A stretch of 64,000 nt of DNA from Mobula hypostoma (taxonomy: Eukaryota), in the NCBI RefSeq assembly GCF_963921235.1, contig NC_086097.1:38318001-38382000 (forward strand), in the 5' to 3' direction. A model generated the notes under the pieces. The model was not told where the DNA came from. It worked only from the letters and a program-made list of their open reading frames with translations, and searched no databases. The stretch's first letter is position 1. Every line of letters starts with the position of its first letter. Positions 1 to 13,810 of the stretch are shown one piece after another. A program made the translations under genes and the position numbers.

Positions 1-990
1 GACTAGTGGTGTACCACAGGCGTCAGTGTTGGAACCGCTTCCTGTCACGTTATATGTCAATGATTTTGATGAAGGAATTGATGGATTTGTGGCCGTTTGT
101 GGGTGATATGAAGATAGGTGGAGGGCAGTTGTACTGAGGAAGCAGGGTGTTGGCAGAAGGACTTGGACAGATTGGGGGAATGGGCAAAGATGTTGCAGAT
201 GAAAGATAGTGTAGGGAAGTGTATGGTCATGAACTTTGGTAAAAGAAATAAAGGCTGGTCTATTTTCTAAATGGGGAGAAAATTCAAAAATCAGAGGTAC
301 AAGGGGACGTCATGCTGGATTCCTTAAAGGTTAACTTGCAGGTTGAGTCAGTGGTAAGAAAGGCAAATGCAATGTAAACATTCATTTTGAGAAGACTAGA
401 ATATAAAACCATGGCTGTAATGCTGAGGCTTTATAAGGCATTGGTCAGACTGCACTAGGAGTATTGTGAGCAGATTTGGACCCCTTATCTAAGAAAAGAT
501 GTGCTGGCATTGGAGAGGGTTCAAAGGAGATCTCGGAAAATGATTCTGGAAATGAAGGGTTAATATATGAGGAGTGTTGATGGCTCTGGGCCTTTATTTG
601 CTGGAACTTAGGAGAATGAGAGGGGATCTCATTGAAACCTATCGAATATTGAAAAGCTTAGATAGAGTGGATATGGAGAGGATGTTTCCTATCGTGGTGG
701 AGTCTGGGACCAGAGGGCACAACCTCAGAACTGAGGGATACCCATTTAGAACAGAGATGAGGAAAAATTTCTTTAACCAGAGGGGGATGAATCTGGGCAG
801 AGCAGGACGAGTCACTGGGTATATTTAAGATGGAGGTTGATAGGCTCTTGATTAATCAAGGCATCAAAAGTTACAGGAAGAATGCAGAGAGTGAGATTGA
901 AGCAGATAATAAATCAACCATGATGAAATGGTGGAGCAGAATGGGCCAAATGGCCTAATTTTGCTCCTGTGTCTTTTGGCTCTATGGTCT
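1..990 (+). mobile_element. CR1-type LINE, RT C-terminus and 3' UTR, decayed
   Basis: TSGVPQ.SVL and L..RRMRGDLIETY remnants; 3' tail gggccaaatggcctaattttgctcct. Confidence 0.85.
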
Positions 991-1467
991 ATCTCGTGTA
1001 CGATGAACAAGGTCATTCACAGAACCAGCCAAGGAAGTAGACCTGAAGCTGTAAGACCTATTAACAAGTGGAGTGTGCAATCTTTTGTAACAGGAAAGGA
1101 TTAACTGATCAGGAACAACTGTCATAAATTGATATAAATCTATATTCAGATAGAAAATGATTTGGTTCTATCTGAGATTAAAAAAATATTTGGACAAGCA
1201 CCTGTATCACTAAGTATGGAAGGCTGCAGAGCTAGTGCACATAATGTGATAAGGATAGATGGTCAGCATGAACTTGTTGGGCTGGCCTTTTGTATGAGTT
1301 TGACTCCATGAAAGGGTCTTAAATCTGAACGACAGAAACTACCAACATATATGTTTGCTATCATGGATCTGAAAACTACGTTATAGGATATGACAGTGAA
1401 CCAACAATACTTAGATCTTTATAAATTAATGCATACTTTACAAGAAATATATTTTCCTTAAAGAAGA

Positions 1468-2550
1468 TGGGCTTCATAACTTTGCAGATGACACAAAAAT
1501 TGGCAGAGTCGTAGATTGTCAAAGGATACAGCAGGATATAAGTGGAGATATGGGCAGACAAAATGCAGATGGAGTTTAATCCAAACAGGCGTGACATATT
1601 GCACTTTGGAAGGTCAAAGGCAAGATGAAAGTATACAATAAATAGCGGGGCACTTCGAGCATTGCTTTGCAGAGGGGTCTTGGGGTGTAAGTCTATAGCT
1701 CTTTGAAAGTGACAACACAATTATCTCTCTTTCTCTCCGTGACTCCGTCTGTGTGGGTCTCTCTGTCTCATGGAATAGGTCCTTCCGGCCCTTCGAGCTA
1801 TGCCGCACAGCAATCCCCCGATTTAACCCTAGCCTAATCATGGGACAATTTACAACGACCAAGTACCCTACTAATCGGTGCACCTTTGGAATGTGGGAGG
1901 AAACCGGGGCACCTGGAGGAAACCCACACAGTCACGGGGTGAACATACAAACTCCTTACAGGCAGTGGAAATTGGGAATTGAACCCAGGTCACTGGTACC
2001 TTAAAGCATTGTGCTAACCACTACGCTAGCATGCTGCGTACTGTGATAGGATATTAATGAAGACATATGGTATACCTGCCTATATAATAGGTGGGAAGCC
2101 ATGTTGCATCTGCAGTAAACTGGTTCGGCTTCCTTTGGAATACTGTATGGAGTTCTGGTTGCTGTATTATAGGAAAGGTGATAAAGCTTTGGAGAGGGTT
2201 TAGGAAGGGTTCACCAGAGTGTTATCTGAATTGGATAGTATTTCCCTTAAGGAGAGTTGGGACAGACTTGGATTATTTTCTTTAGAGTGTCGAAGACAGG
2301 GGGACAAGCTGATAGAAGAACATAAAATTATAAGAAGCATAGATCGGGTGGACAATCCAAGTCTTTTTTCCAGGGTGTAAATGTCAAATACTGAAGTATT
2401 AGGTTTAAGTGAGAAAGGGAGTGTTTAATGGAGATCTATCCAATAAGTTTGTTTATTACACTGGGAATAATGTGTGCCTGGAATGCACTGCGAGGGGAGG
2501 TGATGGAAGCACTTAAGAAGCATTTAGATGCCCATGTAAGAGGCTGGGAA
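1468..2550 (+). mobile_element. Decayed CR1 RT fragment interrupted by a SINE
   Basis: FADDTK (tttgcagatgacacaaaa) at about 1480; CR1 sequence resumes after about 2040. Confidence 0.7.
1770..2037 (-). mobile_element. tRNA-derived SINE (V-SINE/HE1-like)
   Basis: On - strand: A box TAGCGTAGTGG, B box GGTTCAATTCC, core ggtttcctccaggtgccccggtttcctcccaca, CR1-like tail. Confidence 0.8.
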
Positions 2551-2779
2551 TAGAGAGATTTATAAGGAAAAGGAATGTAGAATATAAAATTAGGTAGGTG
2601 ATAAATATAAAGGCAGATGGTGTGAACTTTGAAAAGGAAAAGATCTTCAAAAGTTATTGTGGCTATCTTACATATTGAGATGGAAGAGATTATCTGGGAA
2701 AGAATGAAATGACAAAAATTAAGCGAGTATTTTGCCTGTCTCTACAAATATTTCATGTGCTCTCCTGGCATTTAAAAAA

Positions 2780-3990
2780 CATCAGCATTAATGTAATATA
2801 TCCAAACATGGCTGACGATATAAATCTAGGAGGCAGTATGTGATTTCAAGAGGATGTCGTCAGGCTAAATGAATAGGCAACAACATGGTAGATGAATTGT
2901 TATATTCTGAAACACAAGAATGAGAATCAGAATCAGGTGTAATATCATTGATATATGTTGTGAAATTAGTTGTTTTGTGGCAGCAATACAATACATAAAA
3001 AGTACTATAAATTACAAAATGATTTGTGTTAAAAAGTTAAATTAGTAGATTAAAAGTGCAAAAATAGTAAGGCAGTGTTCAAAATGGAAGTCATCCATTT
3101 TGGTGGAAACAATAAGGTATTTGTAAAATATCAATAGATTGAATGGTATTGATGTTCAGTGAGACACACGCATTGTTTGTATATGAATCTGATTGTTACC
3201 ATGTACATTTAGCAAGCACTTGGGAAGTCAAGTGGTATGTTGGACTGAATTGAAAGATTTTTTGAATATAAAAGTAGGAACATATTGCAGCAGGTATAAT
3301 GAGACCACAATGTTTGGAATAATGTACACAGATCTTGGCCACTTACCTAACAAAAAATACTCTTACGAAAGTGTGAACGCAGTGAAGCCTCGCCAGATTA
3401 CTCCAGAGTTGATGAGTTCCTTGTATGAGGAGAGATTCAGAAGGCGAGGCCTGTTCTTTCTTGAACTGAGAAGAGCGAGAGGTGATCTTCTTCATAAGCT
3501 TTTAAGGAACTTGACAGAGGATAGGTGCATAGTTGTTTCCACAGGCTGGATTATCTAAAACCAGCGATCATGATCTCAAAATTAATAGATAGATATACTT
3601 TATTGATCCCAAGGGAAATTGGGTTTCGTTACAGGCACACCAACCAAGAATAGAGCATAAATATAGCAGTACAGAAACCACAAACAATCAAACAACAGTA
3701 TGCAAATTATGCCAGATGGAAGTAAGTCCAGGACCAGCCTATTGGCTCAGGGTGTCTGACCCTCCACGGGAGGAGCTGCAAAGTTCGATGGCCACAGGCA
3801 GGAACAACCTCCCGTGACGCCCAGTGTTGTATCTTGGTAGGATATGGCCAGAGTCCAAAAGCAAAAAGTTCACTTACCATTTAGTACAGAGATGAGAAGA
3901 AATTTCTTCACCATGTCAATCTTTGGAATTCACTACTCGAGAAAGTGGAAGTATATTCAAGACATAGTTAGGTTTTTGTATATATAAAAG
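2780..3990 (+). mobile_element. Old CR1 remnant with two antisense Rex1-like 3' ends inserted (about 2923-3080 and 3585-3870)
   Basis: LFFLELRR.RGDL motif; inserts begin with reversed tails agaatcagaatcagg and atagatagatatactttattgatccc. Confidence 0.6.
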
Positions 3991-4776
3991 AATTAAAAGA
4001 TCAGTTATATACAGCAGTTAAAGTGACAAATTGGCACTTATTCCTTGTAAGCTGAAGTATTTTATTCATTTCTGGGATCTCAGTGTTACTAGCAAGGTCT
4101 GTATCTATCACTCATCCCTGTTTGCCCTTGAAGGAAGTGGTGAACCACCTCAGAAACTTTGCAAGAGAAAGTACTCCCTCAGAAGCATTAGGCAGAGAGT
4201 TCCAAGATTTGGATCCAAACACGATGAAGGAATAAATGGCAGTGTATTTCCAAATCAACATTGTTTGGAGGGGAATATGGAAGTTGTGGTACTTTCATAA
4301 GCAGCAACAAGCATCACTTTTCCTTGGGTTCTTTTTGCGTAAATATGCAAGCTCACTTCTATCAAAAGCTATCTCAGTGAATTCACACCATGGGACTTGA
4401 TTGCAGTTGAATGGAAGAGGAAAGGCATCAATCATTCTCAATTCACCCTTTTACTGAGAAGCAAAAACGTGTATGTGCATTGGAAATGAATTTGGCTCAT
4501 TTACATTACACAGAATATGTATTGTAAAATACAAATCAATAAGTAATCAAGTGAAATTAATTTTTATTGTTGTCAAGTGGCACTGCTTATTTTGCCTACT
4601 CCTTTAAAACAAAAGGAAGAGGTGTTTGATTGTGGTTAGGCAAAAGTATATCAGATGGAGCACAGTACAGGTAAATGTGAAGCCATTCTCTCTAACCAAA
4701 GGGAACAGTATGCATTCTAAATGTTGAAAAGCTTCAAATAGTGAAGAACCAAAGAATTATTTGGGGGCATATTTAA

Positions 4777-5112
<336 letters not shown>

Positions 5113-5199
5113 TAATTTGACTGTGCAATGTTTCATTGGTGGTTTATTTTCAAAGCATCCCTTCCAAACGCCACTTTCCAAGAGTCAGTAGAGTTTTGA

Positions 5200-5515
5200 G
5201 TGGTGGCACAGTGAAAGTGCTGCCTCGTGGCTCCAGTGACCCAGGTTCCATCCTGACCGCCACTGGTCTTTGTGTGGAGTTTGCATGTTATCCTCAGGAA
5301 TACCTGGGTTTTCTCCAACATACCAAAGGTATTTGTGATTCGCAGGTAAATTGGCCACAATAAATTGCCTATTATGTGTGGGTGAGTTATAGGGTCTGGG
5401 AGTGGGGTGGGAACAAATAGAAGGAACTGATGAGAATTGTGGGGAATAGGTTACAAGGAAAATTCGTGGGAGAATGAAAGCTGGCATAGATTAGATGGTG
5501 TTAAAATGGCCTCCG
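5200..5515 (+). mobile_element. tRNA-derived SINE (V-SINE-like)
   Basis: A/B-box-like ggtggcacagtg...ggttccatcc; core tgtgtggagtttgcatgtt...gggttttctcc. Confidence 0.75.
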
Positions 5516-7231
5516 TTTTGCAAGGAAATGAATCATGCATAAATACATGAAGTGGTATGTCAAAAAGTTTGTTTCCATTTCAATTTGTATTTCATCTTTT
5601 ATCTTGAACAATTTGCCCACCCAGAATTTGGCTCAATTAGCTCCCTATAAGAAGGAAACATTTTGGAGGGAGACCTCAGTTGGATTCTGGAGGGATACGG
5701 GGATGCAAGAATCTATTATAATAGATGAGAAATTGATTTCTGAACTCAGTACATTGGATTGTGATGCAGGGAGAGGCTAGTGACAGGAAGAGGTGAGTTT
5801 AATGGTTTGGGAGAAAGCATTCCCATTCCTTCTAAAGTTGAATCTGCTACAAGCAATTCTTTGGCCACAAATTTCATGCCAAATTCTGGCAAATGGTCTA
5901 TTCTATCAGAAGGTTTGTGTCTTTGAAATTATGTATGACTCTGAGATGAGCTTTGAACTATGAATTTATATCAATGTTAGACTGCCCACTTCTATCTCAG
6001 TGAAACCACCTGATGCAGCTCCACTAATTTCCCTGAATCCATCTTAAGAACTTGGTCTATCTTCTTTGCCTCCAACCAATGTACTCTCAAATTCCCAATT
6101 TTACTACTTCCACTGTTGTGTAGACTCTAAAATCTGGTTTTACCACTTTTGGTGGCAGTATTTTTAATTATTCATTTAGGTAATGTTTCTGTGAAACACT
6201 CAGAGCATTTTACAACTAAGAGCACTTTAAAAAAACAATGAGATTGGAAGAATTACCATGCCTGCAGGGAGCAAGATATTCCCCTAATCAACTCATAGTG
6301 CCCATAATCCACCCCTGGTTCTCCAATTTAAAACAGCCGATGACAATTGTGGTTGGGTATGAGAATTCTAAAGTTTTAACATATCTATAGTTCATACTCC
6401 TATACCTTTGATTACACTTGACCCTTGAATTGATGGTATCTCTCTCATGTATGAGAGAATAGTAGATACCATATTATCATTGCAATACATTCCAAAATGA
6501 GATGAGCTTAAGATGTAAATAATGATCCTAAGTAAACACAAAGAAAGATTGTAATTTCCATTTTCTGTTTTGGAGTTTTATTTCTTTTCCATTCCAGTTT
6601 TCCTGATGATCTTTCCCCTCCAACCTCCTCTCACCCCTGTGTGCTTCTCACTGGTCTGCCTTCCACTTTTCCGTAAGCTGCCATTCTGTACATTCTCTAT
6701 ATCTCATGTTGTTCTGCTTTCTGTGTGCATCGCCTTCATCATACCTGGTGTTCTCATATCTCTACAGTATCCGTTGAGCCAAATGGGTTTATTTTTGTAC
6801 CCCAAAGAAGATGCAAAAATTTGAAGACATTTGACTGCTGAAATAATAGTGCATTACCGATCTGGAACTCTGAAACTAATAATGTGTCAATTACATGAGT
6901 TCAAATGACATCATTAGTGTAGTTAGTTGATGTGCTAACTCACGATAGTTATTTCAACGCTTGGTTAGCAAATGAAAAGAAAGTTTCGTTCTGTACTACA
7001 TTTACCAATGAGAGCATTTAAGTGCTTATCTCCTTTCTTTCTCCACTGATGCTGACTGACATACTGAGCAACCTTTTGCATGCTCATGTTGTATTTATTT
7101 AATGTAACTGTTTAATGACTTCAAGTCTGTTTGTGGTCTCAGAGGGGTATTAACCTAAGATTCTTTGTTAGAACTGGGAAAAATAGATGCAACCCATATT
7201 ATAAAACACACCAAAATGAGACGGCAAAAAA

Positions 7232-8637
7232 ATAGAAACATGGAAAACCTACAGCACAATACAGGCCCTTCGGCCCACAATGCTGTGCCAAACAAGTACG
7301 TACTTTAGAAATTACCTTGGGTTACCCATAGCCCTCCATTTTTCTAAGCTCCATGTATCTATCCAGGACCCTATTGTATCCACCCCCACCATCATCGCCG
7401 GCAGCCCATTCCACACACTCACCACTCTCTGCATCAAAAAACTTACCCCTGATATCCCCTCTGTAGCTACTTCCTAGCACCTTAAAACAGTGCCTTCTCA
7501 TGCTAGCCATATCAGCCCTGGGAAAAAAGCCTCTGACTATCCACACGATCAATGCTTCTCATCATCTCATACACCTCTATCAGGTCACCTCTCATCCTCC
7601 GTCATTCCAAGGAGAAAAGGCAGGGTTCACTCAACCTATTCTCATACAGCAAGCTCCCCAATGCAGGCAACGTCCTTGTAAATCTCCTCTGCACTCTTTC
7701 TATGGTTTCCACATCCTTCCTACAGTGAGGCGACCAGAACTGAGCACAGTACTCCAAGTGGGGTCTGACCAGGGTCCTATATAGCTGCAACATTACCTCT
7801 TTGCTCTTAAGCTCAATCCCACGGTTGATGAAGTCAACCTCCACAGCAGCATTAAGTGTCCTATGGACTCGGACCCCAAGATCCTTCTGATCCTCCACAC
7901 TGCCAAGAGTGTTACCATTAATACTATATTCTGTCATCATATTTGACCTTTTTTAAGGTGTATGTGCTTAAACTTTTCAGTCTGCTATAAGTCATCCCTA
8001 CAATCGCCAAGGTCGTTTTCCGTAGTGAATACTGAAGCAAAGTATTCATTAAGTGCCTCTGATATCTCCTCTGGTTCCATACACACTTTTCCACTGTCAC
8101 ACTTGATAGGTCCTATTCTTTCACGTCTTATCCTCTTGCTCTTCACATACTTGTAGAATGCCTTGGGGTTTTCCTTAATCCTGCTCACCAAGGCCTTCTC
8201 GTGGCCCCTTCTGGCTCTCCTAATTTCATTCTTAAACTCCTTCCTTCTAGCCTTATTATTTTCTAGATCTCTATCATTACCTAGTTTTTTCAACCTTTCG
8301 TAAGCTTTTCTTTTCTTCTTGACCAGATTTTCAATAGCCTTTGTACACCATGGTTCCTGTACCCTACCATCCTTTCCATGTCTCACTGGAATGTACCTAT
8401 GCAGAAATATCCCCTGAACATTTGCCACATTTCTGCCGTACATTTCCCTGAGAACATCAGTTCCCAATTTATGCTTCCAGGTTCCTGCCTGATAGCTTCA
8501 TATTTCCCCTTACTCCAGTTAAACGTTTTGCTAACTTGTCTGTTCCTATCCCTCTCCAATGCTATGGTAAAGGAGATAGAATTGTGATCACAATCTCCAA
8601 AATGCTCTCCCACTGAGAGACCTGACACCTGACCATG
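7232..8637 (-). mobile_element. CR1 LINE, internally deleted (endonuclease end, linker, RT C-terminus, 3' UTR)
   Basis: ORFs with GEHFGDCDHN, IKENPKAFYKYVKSKR, LVRPHLEYCAQFWSPH. Confidence 0.9.
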
Positions 8638-9848
8638 TGTACTACAGCAGGTTTCAATCTCATTGCCTTTCCCTGTACTTGATAATGGTTCCTCTGATTC
8701 ACATTCCATTTCATTTGTGAGTACAGGCTTACACACATGCGCCATGTTCAAACAAGCTTCCATAATATTCTGGCGAGCATTCGGTCGATGATGACAGATG
8801 AGAAGAGCTTGTTTATCCCAACAGCCATTTTTATTGTGACAAGCACAATAACAGAGTACAGTACCGTGGCTCTTTCTGTAACTCAGTCACATACAGATAG
8901 GGGAGGTGATTATTACACACCCCGGTTACAGTTAGGGTGGTACACAAACACAAGTGAACAACTATATAACCTAAGTTAAAATAAATGAACTTGAACATCC
9001 CATCATAATTCTACTGAACACGCACACAATGAACATTTTTAAAAACTGAAGCAATAAGTAGTTCCGGCCACTAGGAATGCTGGGGTGCACCCCCAGAGCG
9101 CCACAATATTATTAAATTTAATTTTAAAAGTCTGGTATAAATATGTACATATGTTTGTTCCACAAAACCAGTTTCCCCTCTCCCTCTATTCTTGGCACTT
9201 TTTCTTTCTTATCATTCCTGTGTTAATTTGATGCCATTCATTACAATGAATGTGGGGGCATGGATACCGTGTTTTCCAACTCACAAGATTGATTTGAGGA
9301 CATTTTCAAAAATTGAGACCCATTCATTTCAAAAGATGGCTTAAAGCTTCACTTGGCTTTTTATAATTTTTTTCTTTTTTGCTATCTATTAATTGGCTTT
9401 TTTAAGCACTTCTTTGCTTCTAAATTTCTCTTATAACCACAAGTTTTATTTTACAAGAAATTGACCTCAAATAGCTGCTCCATCACAAAAGCAGCAGTGT
9501 TCCCTTGTGACCAGTTTGCTGTAGATATTTTTAATGTGTGATGTTTCATTTCTGGTTAACAAATACTAACAAAATGCTTCTTTCACATTCCAACATGTTT
9601 ATAATATGTTCCCAAGTTTGAGCATTTCTTCTTCTCCCTTCAATATGCTGTCACTGTAAAGAAGGTGCCAGATGACCTTTGAGTGAAGAGTATGCAATTT
9701 ACCCACAATGTAATTTCCCAGACAGTGTATTTTTCAGAAACCTAATAGCTTGAGTTGCTCATTTTATATTTGTGCCATTTTGAATTTCAGATGCAATCAT
9801 CTTGTTAAATATGTAACTTTGAATCACTGCATTCAGGTAACATTTTGA

Positions 9849-10103
<255 letters not shown>

Positions 10104-11234
10104 TAAATGCTTTAATAATCGTGCACGTTATTGTTTTGCTTTTGTTTGTAACCTGTGCATTTTATTTGCAATCATAAGCTTTACCCAGGTCATTATTGAC
10201 AAGTGAAGGTTGCTTGCTAGTGTTCATATAAATCAAGAGAAGTGCTGACAAAATTCCACGAAATTTCATACCATTTTACCTTTAAACATATGCAATCTTA
10301 AGGAGAAGTGAAGAGTGGAAACCTAGACAGTTGTATAGTTTTAGAAATAGAAAACAAGAAAAAGGGTGTTATTAGGAAGTAAACTTTATTTTGAACCTAC
10401 TTTTGGCATGTAATGATGTTATAAAATCTTTTGCTCAAAGACTCATACATACAGATTTTTCAATAAGATGTTTATACCACTCTTGTAAAGTTTACTGCAA
10501 TATGAACTTAAGTAAGTAAGTTTTATTGTGAAGAAATGAGGATGACCCCTGAGGGCTGAATGTCTCAAGCTTTCTCTGAAACAAATGCAGAACATGCTGC
10601 AAGTACTTGGGTCCTGTAGCATTTGTGAAAGTAGTCATATAGTTACAGAGTAATACACATGGAACAGATCCTTCAGCCCATCTCATCTATGCTGTCAAAG
10701 CTATTCTCGCATTCTCATTAATCTATTCTCATTTACCCATGTATGGCCCCTCTCTCTGAATCTTTCCTATCTAAATGTCATTCGACTGAGGGATAAATAT
10801 TGGTCCCAGGAAATGAAAGGGAATTCCACTGCTCTACCGTGAAGTAGTGTATGAGATCCTTACAGCCCCAAGAGTCATAAGATTTGCACAAGTACCAGAT
10901 GAAGAGCTCTTGAAGGACTTCTATCACCAGCAAGGTGATAGTAGATTGTGGACTGATCTCCATTTGACATGTTCTTTGGATGGAGATGGCATTTTCACTT
11001 TCCTTTTTACTACAATATTAATAACCTAGCATATAATTGTTCCTGGCATATAATTGTTTCCTCCAAAATAAATTAGTCAATTTGATTGGTTATGATCTAT
11101 CATTTTGCTGAAAAATCAGTATGTACATGATTCGTACTACCCTTCAGAGATTTTTTTAAGTGATTTGTCCAAGATTGATATTGGGCCAAATAGTATATAA
11201 TTAGCTGATAATTAATAGTAATAGTACATAATCA

Positions 11235-12157
11235 TGGACGTTGCCTTTCTGAGACACCACTCCCTGAAGATGTCTTAGGTACTTTTTAGACTAGTACCCA
11301 AGAGATGGAGCGGACTAGATTTACAACCTTTTGCAGCTTCTTTTGGTCCTGTGCAGTAAACCCTCTATATCAGACAGTGATGCAGCCTGTCAGAATGCTC
11401 TCCATGGTACAACTATAGAAGATTTTGAATGTATTTGTTGACATGCCAAATTTCTTCAAACTCCTATTGAAGTATAGCCGCTGTTACGTTGGGACCAAGT
11501 TAGATCCTCAGAGTTCTTGAAACTGCTCACTCTCTCCACTTCTGATCCCTCTATGAGGATTGGTATGTGTTCCTTTGTCTTACCCTTCCTGAAGTCCACA
11601 GTCAGTTCTTTTGTCTTCCTGACGTTGAGTGCCAGGTTGTTGCTGCGGCACCACTCCACTAGTTGGAATATCTCTCTCCTGTACACCCTCTCGTCACCAC
11701 CTGAGATTCTGCCAACAATGGTTGTATCATCAGCAAATTTATAGATGGTATTTGAGCTATGCCTAGCCACACAGTCATGTGTATATAAAGAGTAGAGCAG
11801 TGGGCTAAGCACACACCCCTGAGGTGCGCCAGTGTTGATCGTCAGTGAAGAGGATATGTTATCACCAATCCACACAGATTGTGGTCTTCCAGTTAGGAAG
11901 TCGAGGATCCAATTGCAGAGGGAGGTACAGAGGCCCAGGTTCTGCAACTTGTCAATCAGAATTGTGAGAATGATGGTATTAAATGTTGAGTTATAGTTGA
12001 TGAACAGCATCCTGGTGTTTGTGTTGTCTAGGTGTGGAAAGCCATTGAGATTGCATCTGCCATTGACCTATTGTGGTGATAGGCAAATTGCAATGGGTCC
12101 AGGTCCTTGCTGAGTTCGGTCTAGTCATGACCAACCTCTCAAAGCATTTCATCACAG
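11235..12157 (-). mobile_element. Rex1/Babar-clade LINE RT fragment
   Basis: [39 protein letters not shown]. Confidence 0.88.
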
Positions 12158-12579
12158 GTTTTCAGAAAGAATAGAGTAAACAGTTTTATCATGTTTACGT
12201 TAAGACATAATATTGTGGGGAAACTATGACTTGTTCATGATTGCAAAGATATGTGGTTACTTTTGAATTTGTTTTCTATTATACTCTGTTAACACATATC
12301 CAGCTTTACCAAGTTATAGAGCCTTTACTGTGAAAAGAGTGAAGAAACTTAAATGTCTTGTAAAATCAAGTAGGAAACTAATGTCTCTGAGTTCAACTTT
12401 CTCAAAAAAAGTACTGTACTCTCACCGTTAGAGTACCCGAGAAGAAATCAGCAGTCCAACTCTAAAGGAATTTTTCCGCAGAATCTTTTAAGCTCGGGTT
12501 TTAATTGGCAGGCATATGTTGGTTTGAATAAGCAATTTAAGATACTTTTAAATTTCTGAAACCTTTTGTGGCACTTTGA

Positions 12580-12837
<258 letters not shown>

Positions 12838-12870
12838 TAAAAGTAGAAACTGATACATGTATTTGGCTAT

Positions 12871-13810
12871 ATACTGCTGATTTTGATTAATTGGGACACA
12901 TCAGACCAGTACCTTTTAACTCAATTGGCTGCCCCAATTCTCTGAAGTTTCATAGAAATAGTTTTAAAAAAAGGTATTTTAAAAAAGACAAACTACCATT
13001 TATCTGAGGAACAAATTATGTATTTAAATGAAATACAGAACAAAGTAGAACACTACCAATAGTACTACAGTATTAAAAAACTGAATTAGTTCCTAATAGT
13101 CACCAACAGAGGAACCAGTGTATGCTGGTGTGTTCTCATTCACTATAAATGAACAAAATCAGCACAGCCACCTGGTTCAGATAATGAACTGCCTTCTTGC
13201 ATGAAGTAATGTTGTAATGCCACAATAAATTTCCTGGCATCCTGTGTAGTCACTAGCTCAAGTTCAGTTGTTTCATCCTCATCATATTCTTCATCTTCAT
13301 ATTCCCTGCCTGGTAATTTGATACGATGCTTTTAATGATTGCATTTCCCAGTTCTCCATTTGCATTGTAACATTCAAGATGATTGTCAATACCTTCATTA
13401 TGCATAGTCCATAACTTGTTGAAGGAGAGGAATTGCTTCATTTTCACTTCCGGCTGTTTCCAGCATCTCCAAGTCTGAAAGCTTGAAACCGCAGTGAGCA
13501 AGGCAGTTCTAAGTAGTCTTACTGCTTTGTTATCACCAACTATCACTGGAAAACTGTACTGACTGTAAAAGATTAGCCCTTGCACTCACTTCCTTGGCTT
13601 TTGAAGAAGATGTCAGTAGATTTTCATCAAAATCAATTGTTTTAAGAATATGGTCACCAATTTCTCCCACCGTAATTAAACAGCATAGAGTCTCAAATAA
13701 ATTGGGGAATCCCGCTTATTTTCTCAATTTGTTTTTGTACTTTAAGAGTTGTCCCAAATAAATGGCTACCTTGATTAACTGATGGCCCAATTAACCAGAA
13801 TCCACTCTCT
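12871..13810 (-). mobile_element. Non-autonomous Tigger/pogo-like DNA transposon
   Basis: Degenerate TIRs (gattttgattaattggg ... cccaattaaccagaatccact); reverse-complement similarity to 27316-28145. Confidence 0.65.

Noticed and set aside
8640..9110. Possible solo LTR, hAT end or C/D snoRNA (ATGATGA at about 8788)
   Set aside because: No convincing TSD, no paired TIR, and no D box with terminal stem at a suitable distance.
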